Shown here piece by piece: positions 22,380 to 35,078 of a stretch of 64,000 bases of DNA (position 1 is its first letter; every line of letters starts with the position of its first letter). The position numbers were made by a program, and so were the translations under genes. The stretch is from Emiliania huxleyi CCMP1516 (Eukaryota), in NCBI RefSeq assembly GCF_000372725.1, contig NW_005201327.1, positions 77,022 to 141,021 on the forward strand, in the 5' to 3' direction. The notes below the pieces were generated by a model. That model made no database searches, was not told the DNA's origin, and worked only from the letters and a program-made list of their open reading frames with translations.

Positions 22380-24485
22380 GGTTCTTACGCTGTGAGGACG
22401 CCACCTTGGCGTTGGCCTTTGCTGGCCCGGCTCGCAGTCAAGGTTGCGGCAGGCCCCCTTCTGCGCTGCGCCAGCGGCCGCCGGGGTGGCAGGAGCAAGT
22501 GCGGGCCTCTTGCGCTCCACCGGTGCGGTGAATACCGCTGGCTGGCTTTGCGGGGCCTGGAGTCTGGCTGCCGCCTCCTCCGCTGTCTTCTCCGCCGCCT
22601 CAGCCGCCTCCGCCGCTTCGATGGCCTCGGCCGCCGCTGTCGCCTCAGCAGCGGCAGCCTTGGCCGCCGCAGCTGTGCGTGGCGTGGCTGCGGCGGGCTC
22701 GGGATCGAGCATGAGGAATCCGGCGACGGCAGCCTCCTCTGCACGGCGGAGCAGCTCCGCCTTGACCACCTTCTTCCCTGTGACCTCAACACCGGCGCTC
22801 TCGAGCAGCGAGCGCAGCTCGGCCACCTTGAGGGCCGCGAGCTTCGCGCGCTGCTCCCCGCCGAGCGGCTCCGGCTCCGCTTCCCGGGCAGCCTTGGAAG
22901 GCGTGGGTGGCGTCTCTGCCCGCGCCTTTGGCACAGCGGCAGCTCGCTTCGCGTTGTTTGGGACGCCTGAGGCGCGCCGCTTCGACGGCTGCGCTGAGTC
23001 GGTGCCGCCGAAGGTGAACGGGTCGTCCTCATCGCCGCCGAAGGCGAAAGGGTCGTCCTGGTCCGACCTCGCCGCCGACGCAGCCCTCCCCTGCGAGGCA
23101 CCGGCAGACGGCGCCAAGTGGTTCCTCTCCTTGGGCTTGGCAGCAGCACGGCCGGCGCCGCTGGTCTTGTCGGAGCTCTTGCGGCCCTCCTTCTTCGCTG
23201 CTGCCGCACTCGCCGCAACCTTCGCCGCGGCCTCTTGCGCCGCAACCTTCGCCGCCTTCTCCACCTTGGCCTGCTCCGCTGCTACAGCAGCCTTCCGAGC
23301 CGCCTCTGCCGCCGCCGCCGCCTCGGCCTCGGCCTTGCGACGCGCCGCCTTGGCAGCCGCCTCGGCCTCTCGACGTGCTGCCTCAGCCGCAGCCTCCTCT
23401 CGCTTCTGTGCCGCCTCCGCCGCTGCCGCCTCCGCCGCTGCCGCCTCCGCCGCTGCCGCCTCCGCCGCTGCGACCTCCGCCGCTGCCGCCTCCGCCGCAG
23501 CCTCCGCCGCCGCAGCCTCCGCCGCCGCAGCCTCCGCCGCCGCAGCCTCTGCCGCCGCAGCCTCCGCCGCAGCTACCTTTGCTGCCGCAGCCTCCGCTGC
23601 AGCCGCCGCCTCCGCAGCCGCCTTCTCCCCCGCCGCCTTGCGCGCAGCCTCTGCTGCCGCCTCCTCCTTGGCTTTGCGTGCCTTGCTCGCCTTGCCCCCG
23701 CTTGCCTTCGTATCCTTCGATGGAGAGGGTGCCGAGGGAGCCGCGGGAGCAGCCGCCTACTCGCAGCTTGACGCGTGAAGAGGCACGTTTCACAGCAACC
23801 GCCCGCTCGGCAATGGAGTAGGCGCCCTCTTTGGCTTGGCCGGAGCGGCGAGATCCGGCTGCTTTGCCGGAGCTGCCCTGCTCGGCTTGGTCGGGGGGGC
23901 GGGATCCGGCTTCTTCGGCGGTTTGCTCTTGTTGGCCGGTCGCTGGCGTCCGCCCGCTCCACTCGCGCCCGACCCCTTCTCGCTCGGTAGCACCGCATCT
24001 GCAGGGCTCTTGCGGTCGGCCCGGCGAGAGGAAGCGGCCGCACCCGCGCTCTTTGAAGCCACCCCCTCCGCGCCGTCCTTGTCAGTGTCGTCCGCTGCTC
24101 CCGCATCCTCGCCCCGCAGCCACGCCTCGTTGGTCGCTAGGAGCATCTCCTCGTACCTCTTCTTGAGCTCTTGCACGTCCTTGGCGCGCCGGCCAAGCGC
24201 CTTGGCAACGACTGACCAGGCTCGCTTGTTCTCGACCTGCTCGTAGCCGCCCTGTCGCGTCACAGCCTCGAGCAGCTGTGAGTCGTCGATCAGCGGCGGA
24301 AGTGCCTCCGGCTGCGCGGGCTTCGCCTTGCGCGGAGGCTCGCCGCTGCGAGACGACAGTGCAGGCGGAGCCATCGCGCCGCTGGCAGGCTTGAGCGGTT
24401 TCTTCTGGACTAGCAATGCCTCTGCGCGTCGCACTGCAGCAGCCTCTTCTTGTAGCAGCCGGCCCGGCTCGTCGACCAGGCTCAT
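22380..24485 (-). CDS. ARID-like domain, (EAAAA)n helix and SAP-like domain protein
   Basis: ARID-like LLEAVTRQGGYEQVENKRAWSVVAKALG...LKKRYEEML. SAP-like LAALKVAELRSLLESAGVEVTGKKVVKAELLRR. Probable GC-AG intron near 23757-23826; 3' end uncertain. Confidence 0.6.
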
Positions 24486-25085
24486 GGCGGCCTCGGGCTT
24501 CGCTCGCTCGATAGCGTGGAGAGCTCCTTTTGACGGGGAGAGGCGAGGGTGAGCCGCGTCAGCATACACAAGAGTAAACGTAGGCGGGACGGGGCTGACG
24601 CGAGTCAGGAGAGATGGGGAATGCGCGGCGGGGAAGCAGAAAGTGGCGGCGCGTGGGGCGCGCAGGTGGAGAGGCGCAGTGGTGGGCTGCTTCGCGACAC
24701 GGCGGCTTTGCCGCCCCGCGTCGGACGCTTGCTGGGCCACGGAGCGCAGACCCATCCGGCGGCGGCGGGGGGCGGGGGCTCTCTGTGTGTGTGCGTACTC
24801 CCACGAAGCCACAGAGACGCGCCGCCGCCAGAGCAGGTCGTGTGTGGGTCACAAAAAAATGTACTTCAAAAAACAAATATTAACAGTGCTCTTTGTGAGT
24901 CTTGGCCGCCGCCTCTGTCAGTGTGCCCGTGATAGTGAGAGACTGCCAGTGAGAAGCCGGAGGAAGGTCGCTAGTCGGAGAGAGATCGCCAGTGGAATAG
25001 GGAGTCCACCGTGCTGCGAACCTGTCGCTGTCCCTTTTGTCAGTAGCAGGAGAACTAGGAGAGCGCAACCAGTAGGAGGCCCGCG

Positions 25086-25440
25086 CCTGCCCCCGTGCCG
25101 CCGGGTGCAACTTTGTCCTATACGAGAGGGGAATCCCTAGCCCCCGACAGTTGACTCCAGGCCTTGTCCAGTGAGGGAGGGCGAGACGATCGAGGGGTCC
25201 CACCCGATGCGGAATCGACCCCACAAAGAACCCTGCACAAAGATCGCAAGGGCGGGGACCTGTTCTTTTTTACCCACCTCAATAAATAAATAAATACAAC
25301 GGACATCCCAAGCTAGGGCTGGGTCGAGGACAGACACGTCCCCACCTTTGCAGGATTTTGCAAAAGCGAGGGGGGAGGGCGCATCGCCGCGCGGAGAGGG
25401 CTGGGCACAGGGCACAGGGGATCTCTCTCGCATAGGATAT
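25086..25440. mobile_element. Two diverged, oppositely oriented copies of repeat family B ((TATT)n-tailed)
   Basis: CCTGCCCCCGTGCCGCCGGGTGCAACTTTGTCCTATA is shared with 50168-50204. TCCTAT.CGAGAG recurs inverted at ~25420-25440. AATAAATAAATAAATAC at ~25281. Confidence 0.55.
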
Positions 25441-25601
25441 GCAGTAGAGAGGCGTTACGCGCGTTAATCATTCATTTCTTTATTTATCCGCCAGTGCTCA
25501 AGGGGTGTCCCGCCAGACGCTCCACACCACCCGGCCGACCCTGTCTACTGCTGTCCCTCTGCCACGCTCCTGCTCCTACTCCTACTGCTACATTGTGTTC
25601 G

Positions 25602-26243
25602 ATGCTCCGCGCCCCTGCTGCCCTTCGCATTCGCCCTCGACGGTGCCGGTCCCTCTCCTCGGCCGCAGACCCATATGCCATCCTCCGTGTCGAGCGAGGA
25701 GCCACCAGCTTCCAGATCAAAGAGGCGTACCGCAGAATGGCACTCAAGACGCATCCAGACCACAACCGGAGCAGCCCGGAGGAGGCCGAGCGGCAGTTCA
25801 AATCAGTGACAGAGGCTTACCGACGCATATCTGTCGAGGGGCCTCAGGCGTCTTTGGCGATGGGGACGGTTGGCTGCCGCGACGTAGGCTGCGCGGCGAA
25901 CTGGCGACCCGCCGGAGCCGCCGCCTTTGTTTGGAACGACAGCATGCTTCCGGAGCTATTTGCTCTCCTCCTGAGCGAGAGTGGGGACGTGCGGCTGACG
26001 CAGCTGTACCAGCAGTACGTCGACAACGCGCTGTCACGCCGCGACACGTTGCTCTCTGTGCGCAACTTTGCGTCGCGCGACGACTTCCGGCGCGCCCTCA
26101 GCACACTTGCGGCCAGATACGCGCGCGAGGGCCCACAGGCCGTGTTTGTTCACCGTGTGCGCGCCAGCATCAGCAGCTGCGACGGCTGGGGCGGCTGGGG
26201 CGGAGGTGCAGGCGCATCTGAGGTGTGGTACACCTGTGATTGA
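25602..26243 (+). CDS. DnaJ-domain protein, probable mitochondrial presequence
   Basis: DPYAILRV...IKEAYRRMALKTHPD (HPD motif); Arg-rich N-terminus. Confidence 0.85.
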   Translation: MLRAPAALRIRPRRCRSLSSAADPYAILRVERGATSFQIKEAYRRMALKTHPDHNRSSPEEAERQFKSVTEAYRRISVEGPQASLAMGTVGCRDVGCAANWRPAGAAAFVWNDSMLPELFALLLSESGDVRLTQLYQQYVDNALSRRDTLLSVRNFASRDDFRRALSTLAARYAREGPQAVFVHRVRASISSCDGWGGWGGGAGASEVWYTCD

Positions 26244-26478
26244 ATAGTTCAATAGAGAGACGCAGAGACGCGCGTGTGTGCATTGTAACTCTAAATTGTA
26301 ATCTACTACGGCGCACACGGCACGCACGACGCAGCGTGTCCAGCGCGAGTGCCGCGCGCGGACTCAGTAGTCAGATCTCACGCGCAGAATAGCTCTCTCT
26401 GTGTGGCGTGAGATGAAACGTAGCCGGGTCCCGGAGGGAGAGCTAGCAACTCAGAGTTCGCACGCGCGTGCCCCACCG

Positions 26479-27586
<1,108 letters not shown>

Positions 27587-28294
27587 CAAGGCAGTGCCGC
27601 GGTGGTGTCTGGTTGGGGCGGTGGCAGCGTCCAGAAAAAGAATTCAAGAAAGAAGAACTCTCTCTCACCGACACAGGTTCGACACAGGTACCAAAAGGAG
27701 CACAGCAGACGGCAACCCCTTAGGCGCCGTCGAAGAGACCGGCCCACCTGGCCGGCCGCTCTTCCCCCCTCCCCTCGAAAGCGCGCTCAATCGCTCGCTC
27801 GTCGCACTCCACCCCCCGAGCCCACCTTGCCGCGCTGCGGGCCTCCCGCCGCCGGCCATCGCGGGACCGCCGCCCGCCGCCACCCCCCCCACTCCCCCGC
27901 GCCGCCCGCGCTGCCGCCGCCTCCGCGCGCTCTTCCGCCAGCAACCGCTCCCTCTGCGTCACCGCGATGGGCCCCTGGCGCATCCACGACAAGTCGCGGG
28001 CACGCCCTATCCAGGGGTTACTCGAATACGGCGCTCTCCCTCTGCGCAGCTCCGAGTAGTCGCCAAAGCCCCCCCCCAAATAGCCCTCCAGGCAATCGTC
28101 GCAGCACCACTCGCCTAGCTGAGAGATCTGAAGCCCATAGGCAGCAATACTATCGCCCCGCCGCATCTCCTCCTCCGCCGCCTCCATCTCCTCTCGCGAG
28201 AAGTCCCCCAGCTCTGACCAGCCCTCCCGCATCGCCCGGCGCCAGAGCCAAGGCTCGACGCCAAACCCGCGGTAAAACTCCTCAAAGCAGTCCT

Positions 28295-29260
28295 GGGGCG
28301 GCGGCGAGCTCCCGGTTGCAAATACTCGCCTTACAGTCCAAGATGGCGGCTCGCGCCCCCATCCGTGCACCGGCGTGCCACTCTAGCCCCGCCTGCCGCC
28401 CAGATACCGAGGGCGGGGCGCACTCTTCGACTTGGGCTATTATTTGCCACCGGGAGGGCGGCGGCGGCGGTGTAGGGGCGGCGGCGAGCTCCCGGTTGCA
28501 AATACTCGCCTCACAGTCCAAGATGGCGGCGCGCGCCCCCATCCGCGCACCAGCGTGCCACTCTAGCCCCGCCTGCCGCCCAGATACCGAGGGCGGGGCG
28601 CACTCTTCGACTTGGGCTATTATTTGCCACCGGGAGGGCGTCGGCGGCGGTGTAGGGGCGGCGGCGAGCTCCCGGTTGCAAATACTCGCCTCACAGTCCA
28701 AGATGGCGGCTCGCGCCCCCATCCGTGCACCGGCGTGCCACTCTAGCCCCGCCTGCCGCCCAGATACCGAGGGCGGGGCGCACTCTTCGACTTGGGCTAT
28801 TATTTGCCACCGGGAGGGCGGCGGCGGCGGTGTAGGGGCGGCGGCGAGCTCCCGGTTGCAAATACTCGCCTCACAGTCCAAGATGGCGGCTCGCGCCCCC
28901 ATCCGCGCACCAGCGTGCCACTCTAGCCCCGCCTGCCGCCCAGATACCGAGGGCGGGGCGCACTCTTCGACTTGGGCTATTATTTGCCACCGGGAGGGCG
29001 TCGGCGGCGGTGTAGGGGCGGCGGCGAGCTCCCGGTTGCAAATACTCGCCTCACAGTCCAAGATGGCGGCTCGCGCCCCCATCCGTGCACCAGCGTGCCA
29101 CTCTAGTCCCGCCTGCCGCCCAGATACCGAGGGCGGGGCGCACTCTTCGACTTGGGCTATTATTTGCCACCGGGAGGGCGGCGGCGGCGGTGTAGGGGCG
29201 GCGGCGAGCTCCCGGTTGCAAATACTCGCCTCACAGTCCAAGATGGCGGCTCGCGCCCCC
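28295..29260 (-). repeat. 180-bp tandem repeat, ~5.4 copies, with a 360-bp higher-order pattern
   Basis: AATACTCGCC every 180 nt from 28321 to 29221; variants alternate between units. Confidence 0.95.
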
Positions 29261-29357
29261 AAGCATCCATGCTCTGATGTGTCGCTTGGGTCGCCTCTGC
29301 TGCTGTGTCTCTGTCTTAGCCAGATATCGAGAGCGCGCGACGACAACCAACCCCTTA

Positions 29358-29580
29358 CCCTAATCCTAACCCTAACCCTAACCCTAACCCTAACCCTAGC
29401 CCGAAGAACCCAAAGCATTCACCGAGAGCTCGTGTCGACGGACCGCTGATTCCTCCATTTGGTTTCGGCCCAAACCGGACCATTCTCTTAGGACTGCACA
29501 ACGGCTTGAACGCTCTCTGACCCTAACCCTAACCCTAACCCTAACCCTAACCCTAACCCTAACCCTAACCCTAATCCTAA
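29358..29580 (+). repeat. Two interstitial telomere-like (CCCTAA)n tracts (29358-29398 and 29521-29580)
   Basis: Direct reading of the sequence. Confidence 0.95.
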
Positions 29581-30038
29581 CGACACGGTGCTTCTTAAGA
29601 GGTCGTGCGCGTCGCTGCCGACGCATCTCGCGTGTATGGTGTATTTGCAGTGTATTTCGGCGGGGGCGCGCATTAAAAGAACATTGAGGCAACACACACG
29701 TCCTCGAGCGCCCGAGGACACGAACCAAGCTGCACCTCCTCTCGCTAGAGTTATTGTGGGCTCTTTCCTTTCTACACTTCCTTGCTTTCACCGCGTTTTG
29801 ATGCAGTGAGGGCGGGCCCCTGCTCTTTGAGCCTTGGGGACGACCACGGCCTTGACCACGGCCTCGCTGCAGGGAAGCAGGAACGCGCGGCATTGGTGGC
29901 ACAGAGATCCCTACCGGTGCCGGCAGTGGTAGGCGCACCGCCGCTCTCTCCGCTGTGCCGCCTCCGCCGCTGCCGCCTCGACTGCTGCCGCCTCCGCCGC
30001 TGCCGCCTCGGAGATGCCAGAGCCTTCGAAAGTAGTCG

Positions 30039-30147
30039 AACTTGTGAAATTTTCAGTGAGAAACGGGGGCGGCCGAAACGTTTCATGTGAAATTCACATG
30101 AATTCACATGTGAAAGTGAAAGTGTGAAAATTCACTCACGAACCCTG
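30039..30147 (-). mobile_element. TIR-like end, right (...TTCACTCACGAACCCTG)
   Basis: Inverted match to 10382-10488. Confidence 0.7.
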
Positions 30148-31223
30148 GGGCGGGGTCGGGAGCACGGGGAGTGGATGGTCGCTAGGGACGGCAGAGTTTA
30201 CCTGAGAGAGGTTTGCACATCGCGCTCGCGGCGTAGCTGTGGGCGCGGTCGACCCAGCCACATGTTTGAAAAATGCAGAAAAATGCACGCCGTTTACAAA
30301 ATGAACTCTCCTGCGGGAGCGGGAGGCGGCGGCGGACGAGGCGGCGGCGACGGGTCCTCCTCCATCCGATCGAGTGCGTCGGTCCGCTGCGCCTTGCCGG
30401 GCGGCGGCAAGCCTAAATTAGCGCCCGGCCTCGACACCGTCGCCCAGCCGCCGACAGCGGGGCGCTTGCCGTCGGGACGCGCAGTCTCGACAGCGGAGCG
30501 CGTGCTTCTTGCCGGCGGAGCAGCATGCTCCTCAGCAGCGAGCGCAGAAGCTTTCTTGCGTACCGCCGCCGCGCAGTCCTTATGGATGCGCGTCGACGCC
30601 GGAGACGCCGGACCGAGCGCTTCTCCTCGCTCTAGAGCCACGGCGGGCAGCCCGTTGGCCGCCTCACCGCCCTTGCGAGACCAGGTCGTGGTCCCGCACC
30701 ACCAACAGCCGTCCATCTGAGCGGCGACGGAGGCCAAGCCCGACGTCTGCGCTTTAGCCGATCACCTGGCCGCCCGCGACGAGCCGCCAGTCGGCGTGGC
30801 GGCGAGGAAGGGAGCGAGAGCACCGCCAGTGCGGCTGGCACCTGTGGCCTGGCCTGCGAATGCTCATAAAGCCTGTTCACCTGTTTTTCACACCTTTGAA
30901 AAGGTCGTTCAAACGCACCCTCTCGCCCCGTGCAGCCGGCTGCTTGCTGGTGGCACTAGGGCCGCTGGGACGCGCAAGAAGAATGAGCAAAAAAGACGAA
31001 GATGGCGACGAGCACGAGCATGCCAAAGTGGGACTTCGCGTGCTGGACGAGGGGACATCCAAGCTCTCTTCACAGGGGGTCGGCCGTTACAGGTGGTCGG
31101 CCTGACTGGAGGACGGCCCCGTGCGCGCTCCCAGCGCCGAGCCGCGGCCCCACGCGCCACCTGGGCTGCCTCTGGCACGGCCGGGGTCCGCCGAGAGGCT
31201 GGGCTTGGCCGGCGGCGCGACGC

Positions 31224-32672
31224 ATGGCCTGTGCTGCGGCCATCTCGGACGTTTAAGCGGCGCCAGCCAGCGGCTCGGCCGCGCATCCTTCACACACGCC
31301 GCCACGACCGGGACGAGCGGCCCCGGTGTCGAGCCATGGTGTGAGCTGCATGTGCGCGGCGGCCGTGGCGACAGCAGGTCCACCAGACGGACCTCAAAGC
31401 TTGCCGTCGGCGTGCTGTCGTGGCGAGAGCGCGAGACAGCTGCAGAGGAGCCGAGTGCAGTGGCGAGCCAGAAGCTACCTGGGTCACCAAGTGGTGGATC
31501 CTGCCCATTCTGACCAGGGCTGTGCTTTGGTGGGGTTGTGCTTGAGCGTGTGTGAAGTGGGAGTGCGTGCCGGCGGTGTCTGTGGGTGAAACAGGCGTGT
31601 GTGAGGCCGTAAGAGCCGTGGTATGAGCCAGAGTGGGCTTCATCACCCAAGATAAGGGCGGTTTGGGACAGCTCAGGCTTGATACTGATGGGGCTTGGCC
31701 AGGAGAGAGACAGAGAAGGCGAGGTGGTGAGCTGGGAAGCCGCTTTGTCTGCACCTGGACGTGTCGCGATGAAAAGTGCCAAGAAGCGCCTTTTGCGGCT
31801 ATTGCTCAAAACATTTGGAGAGAAGGCCTACATATTATGACTGCATCCATGCGTCTGGTGCATGAGGACTGTGGATCGGGACATTTCACGGTCGGTGGCG
31901 CCGACAATGACCTCCGTAAAGCCCTCACAATCGCTCGGCACGGGCCACCGGGAGTGCTCTCGAGCGCCTACACCGGAGCATCACGAGCCGGTGTGAGCTT
32001 GAAGACCCGAGATAAGTGCGGTCTGGGACAGCTCAGGCTTGCTACTGATGGGCCTGGGCCAGGAGAGCGACAGAGAATGCGAGGTGGTGACCTGAGAGCA
32101 GGAAATAGCGCTTCGTGGCAGGTGCTTCGCGACAAGTTTAGGCGCGGACAATGCAGCTTCTCAGCTCACCACCTCGCCTTCTCTGTCGCTCTCCTGGCCC
32201 AGGCCCATCAGTATCAAGTCTGAGCTGTCCCAAACCGTCCTTATTTTGGGTGATGAAGCCCACTCTGGCTCATACCACGGCTCTTACGGCCTCACACACG
32301 CCTGTTTCACCCACAGACACCGCCGGCACGCACTCCCACTTCACACACGCTCAAGCACAACCCCACCAAAGCACAGCCCTGGTCAGAATGGGCAAGGGCT
32401 ACCACTTGGTGACCCAGGTAGCTTCTGGCTCGCCACTGCACTCGGCTCCTCTGCAGCTGTCTCGCGCTCTCGCCACGACAGCACGCCGACGGCAAGCTTT
32501 GAGGTCCGTCTGGTGGACCTGCTGTCGCCACGGCCGCCGCGCACATGCAGCTCACACCATGGCTCGACACCGGGGCCGCTCGTCCCGGTCGTGGCGGCGT
32601 GTGTGAAGGATGCGCGGCCGAGCCGCTGGCTGGCGCCGCTTAAACGTCCGAGATGGCCGCAGCACAGGCCAT
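31224..32672. repeat. Long inverted repeat / foldback (arms 31224-31740 and 32156-32672)
   Basis: ~517-bp near-identical arms. Diverged third partial copy in the spacer (~31990-32100). Outer inverted remnants at 30866-30883 and 32824-32841. Confidence 0.9.
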
Positions 32673-34172
32673 CGCTCAAACAATCGGCCGGTGCTAGGGC
32701 CGCCGCAGTCGCCGGTGGGTCCACGGCGATGGGCCTGGTCGATTTCAGCCGACGGGAGGGCAGCAGGGCCGCGTGCGGGGCCTGCGCTTGGATGTCCCCG
32801 TCGGGCGCACGGTGTGCCCACTGCAGGTGAACAGGCTTTATTCACAGCGATGCCTGATGAGGGGAAGTGGAATTATATATATACGCAGTGGAATTCGAAA
32901 TGCACGCCCGATTCGCGGCAAGGGCTTGTTCCGCTAGCCCATACGAGGAGCGTAGATGCTGTTTTACTTTGGTCTCCGCGCAACAGCGCCGTCGCCGCTG
33001 TCCGTGCCTGCCACGAGCGGCCGCAGGCGGCTCTGCAGTGTCATGGATGGCAGCGATCGCGAGCCAGCCTCGGGGCCTTTGCCCAGTTGGGACGCGCTGT
33101 CAGACGCGCTGTCGGATGCGAGCTGGGACCTCTTCGTGATGCCCGGCGAGCACGCCAACTCACGGTACGACCGCCCGCTTCAGCCTCTGGAGGCGAGCGG
33201 TCTGCTGGAGGAGGAGGAGGCCCGCCCGTATGACTGGGACGGGCAGACAGAGGACGAGGAGCGTAGATGCGGAGTACGGATCGCTGCACACCACTCCAGT
33301 CGCCGCCGCCACGCGTCTCATTTCACCATATCCAGGGCCCGGATCGCACGCACACGGACAGTGCGAGAGACAGTGGGCAGACAACCATAGTCGACTAGTT
33401 TCACTCTTCAGGACGAGGAGGCTCTCCGTCTCCCAAAGGGCCGCGCCGCGGAGCGCCTCGCGGCGCCCGCCTCCAAGCCGCGCGGGCTGTGGTTCGAGAG
33501 GCGCGGCCGTGACATCGCCGGCGACATCGAGGTGCTTAGCCGGGAGTGGACGCGGCTGTGGGTCATCTCTGTCGCCGTGTCGCTCTGCATACTGGCGGCA
33601 GACTCGCAGGCCGAGACGCCTTGCTAGCCGTAAGCCCTAGCCACTCTCCCAGGCGCCGCCCCCCCGCAGACTAGCGCCGCTCCGCCCCGCACACCACCTC
33701 TCCTCAGCCCCTCCCCCCTCTTCCGCAGGCTAATTTGGACGCGGCCGGCCCGCCCGGCGACGCGAGCGGCGGCACGCGGCAGGAGCAGTTCATCCGACGG
33801 CGAGTGGAGGAGAGGCTCACCGCTGAGGTTTTGCGGGCGGACGAGCAGGCGAGGGGGGGCGGCGCCGTGAGGTGACGGATCAGCGAGAGTCTCGACGGAA
33901 ACGGGAGACAGATAGTGTCTTGAGGCAGAGAGCTCGTGACCGTGTGTCCCACCTAATGTGCGCCCCAACCAGCAGTCCTGAGCGTACACAAACACCATGC
34001 CTGGGCTACCGAACAGTACAATATGGAAGTAATATTGCTTACCTCGCGTGACGCGTCGCGAGCGGCGCGGTCATGGCACATCCACATGCGACATGGGCGT
34101 GCGCGCACGCGAGACACTAAACTAGAAGCCACTCGCTTCGCCCACGGCCGCGGCCATCGATCGACGCCAGCA

Positions 34173-35078
34173 CTAAAACCCAAACGGGTTTGCGTCCTCA
34201 AGTGGGCGCGCCAGCTCCGAGCCCATGCGTGACATCGTCTTGTCAGACATCAGGCTTTTGAAGCCGCTGCCCATATCGCTCGAGATGCAGACTGCTTGCT
34301 GGAGATGCGCGAAGTCGGGATCGAGGACCGCATCCAAGCAGAACGCCGCCAGGTCGGCACGGTTGATGGCACCTGCCTCGCCATCGATCACGTTCACGAT
34401 GCCGGTCGGAGCGCCCTGCTTGAGGCCGCCGGGGCGCACGATACAGAACTCAAGGTCGGCGCCGGGCCCGTCCAAGAAGAGGCCCTCCTGCGCATTCTTG
34501 TCGTCCATGATTTTCTGCATCATCGTCTTCATCAGGAGCTTGAAGGTCCATGGCGCCTGGTCCATGGAGTCGCCCGCCCCAACAGTCGAGACAACGCAGA
34601 TGCGCTTGACGCCGTGCGCTTTGCACGCCGCAATTATGTGGGTCGTGCCATCGAAAAGCAGCGTCGGCCCGACCTCCCGTGTCTTGCCACCGAGCGCGAC
34701 GACCACGCCCGTGATATTGTTGCCATCGAAGACGTCATCCACATCCGCGCGGTTGAGCACCGAACCCTCCGTCCTTACCATCTTGTCGTTCATATAGGGG
34801 CTGAAATTGTGCATCGACCCCTTGCGGAGGTCCATCTCGGCATGGTCTCGTGGCGCCGTCAACCGGATTCGATCGCGGACTAGGCAGCTGACCTCCTCGC
34901 CGCGCTCCAGCGCCTGAAGCACCACCTCGCTGCCAGTGCGACCCGACGCACCAAAGACTGCTATTGTACTCACAGCGTCTGCTGCCCGCCGCGAGCGGCC
35001 GGCAAGGGCGAGCGGGTGCGTGGCGTGAGGAACGAGGAATGCTGCGGCGCTGGCGGAGGCGGCGAGTAGCAGGCTCAT
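34173..35078 (-). CDS. NAD(P)H-binding atypical SDR (flavin reductase/BLVRB-like), probably plastid-targeted
   Basis: IAVFGASGRTG, VVALG, VSTVGAGDS, IVRPGGL, INRADLAAF. N-terminus MSLLLAASASAAAFLV resembles a bipartite presequence. Confidence 0.85.
   Translation of the reverse strand: MSLLLAASASAAAFLVPHATHPLALAGRSRRAADAVSTIAVFGASGRTGSEVVLQALERGEEVSCLVRDRIRLTAPRDHAEMDLRKGSMHNFSPYMNDKMVRTEGSVLNRADVDDVFDGNNITGVVVALGGKTREVGPTLLFDGTTHIIAACKAHGVKRICVVSTVGAGDSMDQAPWTFKLLMKTMMQKIMDDKNAQEGLFLDGPGADLEFCIVRPGGLKQGAPTGIVNVIDGEAGAINRADLAAFCLDAVLDPDFAHLQQAVCISSDMGSGFKSLMSDKTMSRMGSELARPLEDANPFGF

Noticed and set aside
22444..23778. Ala/Ser-rich plus-strand ORF
   Set aside because: Antisense shadow of the (EAAAA)n coding region on the minus strand.
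28339..28350. YY1-like CAAGATGGCGGC motif in the satellite
   Set aside because: A short match to an animal transcription-factor motif with no supporting context.
28295..29260. CRISPR array
   Set aside because: The units are full tandem copies with no unique spacers, there are no cas genes, and the context is eukaryotic.
29358..29580. True chromosome end
   Set aside because: The tracts are short and embedded in continuing sequence.
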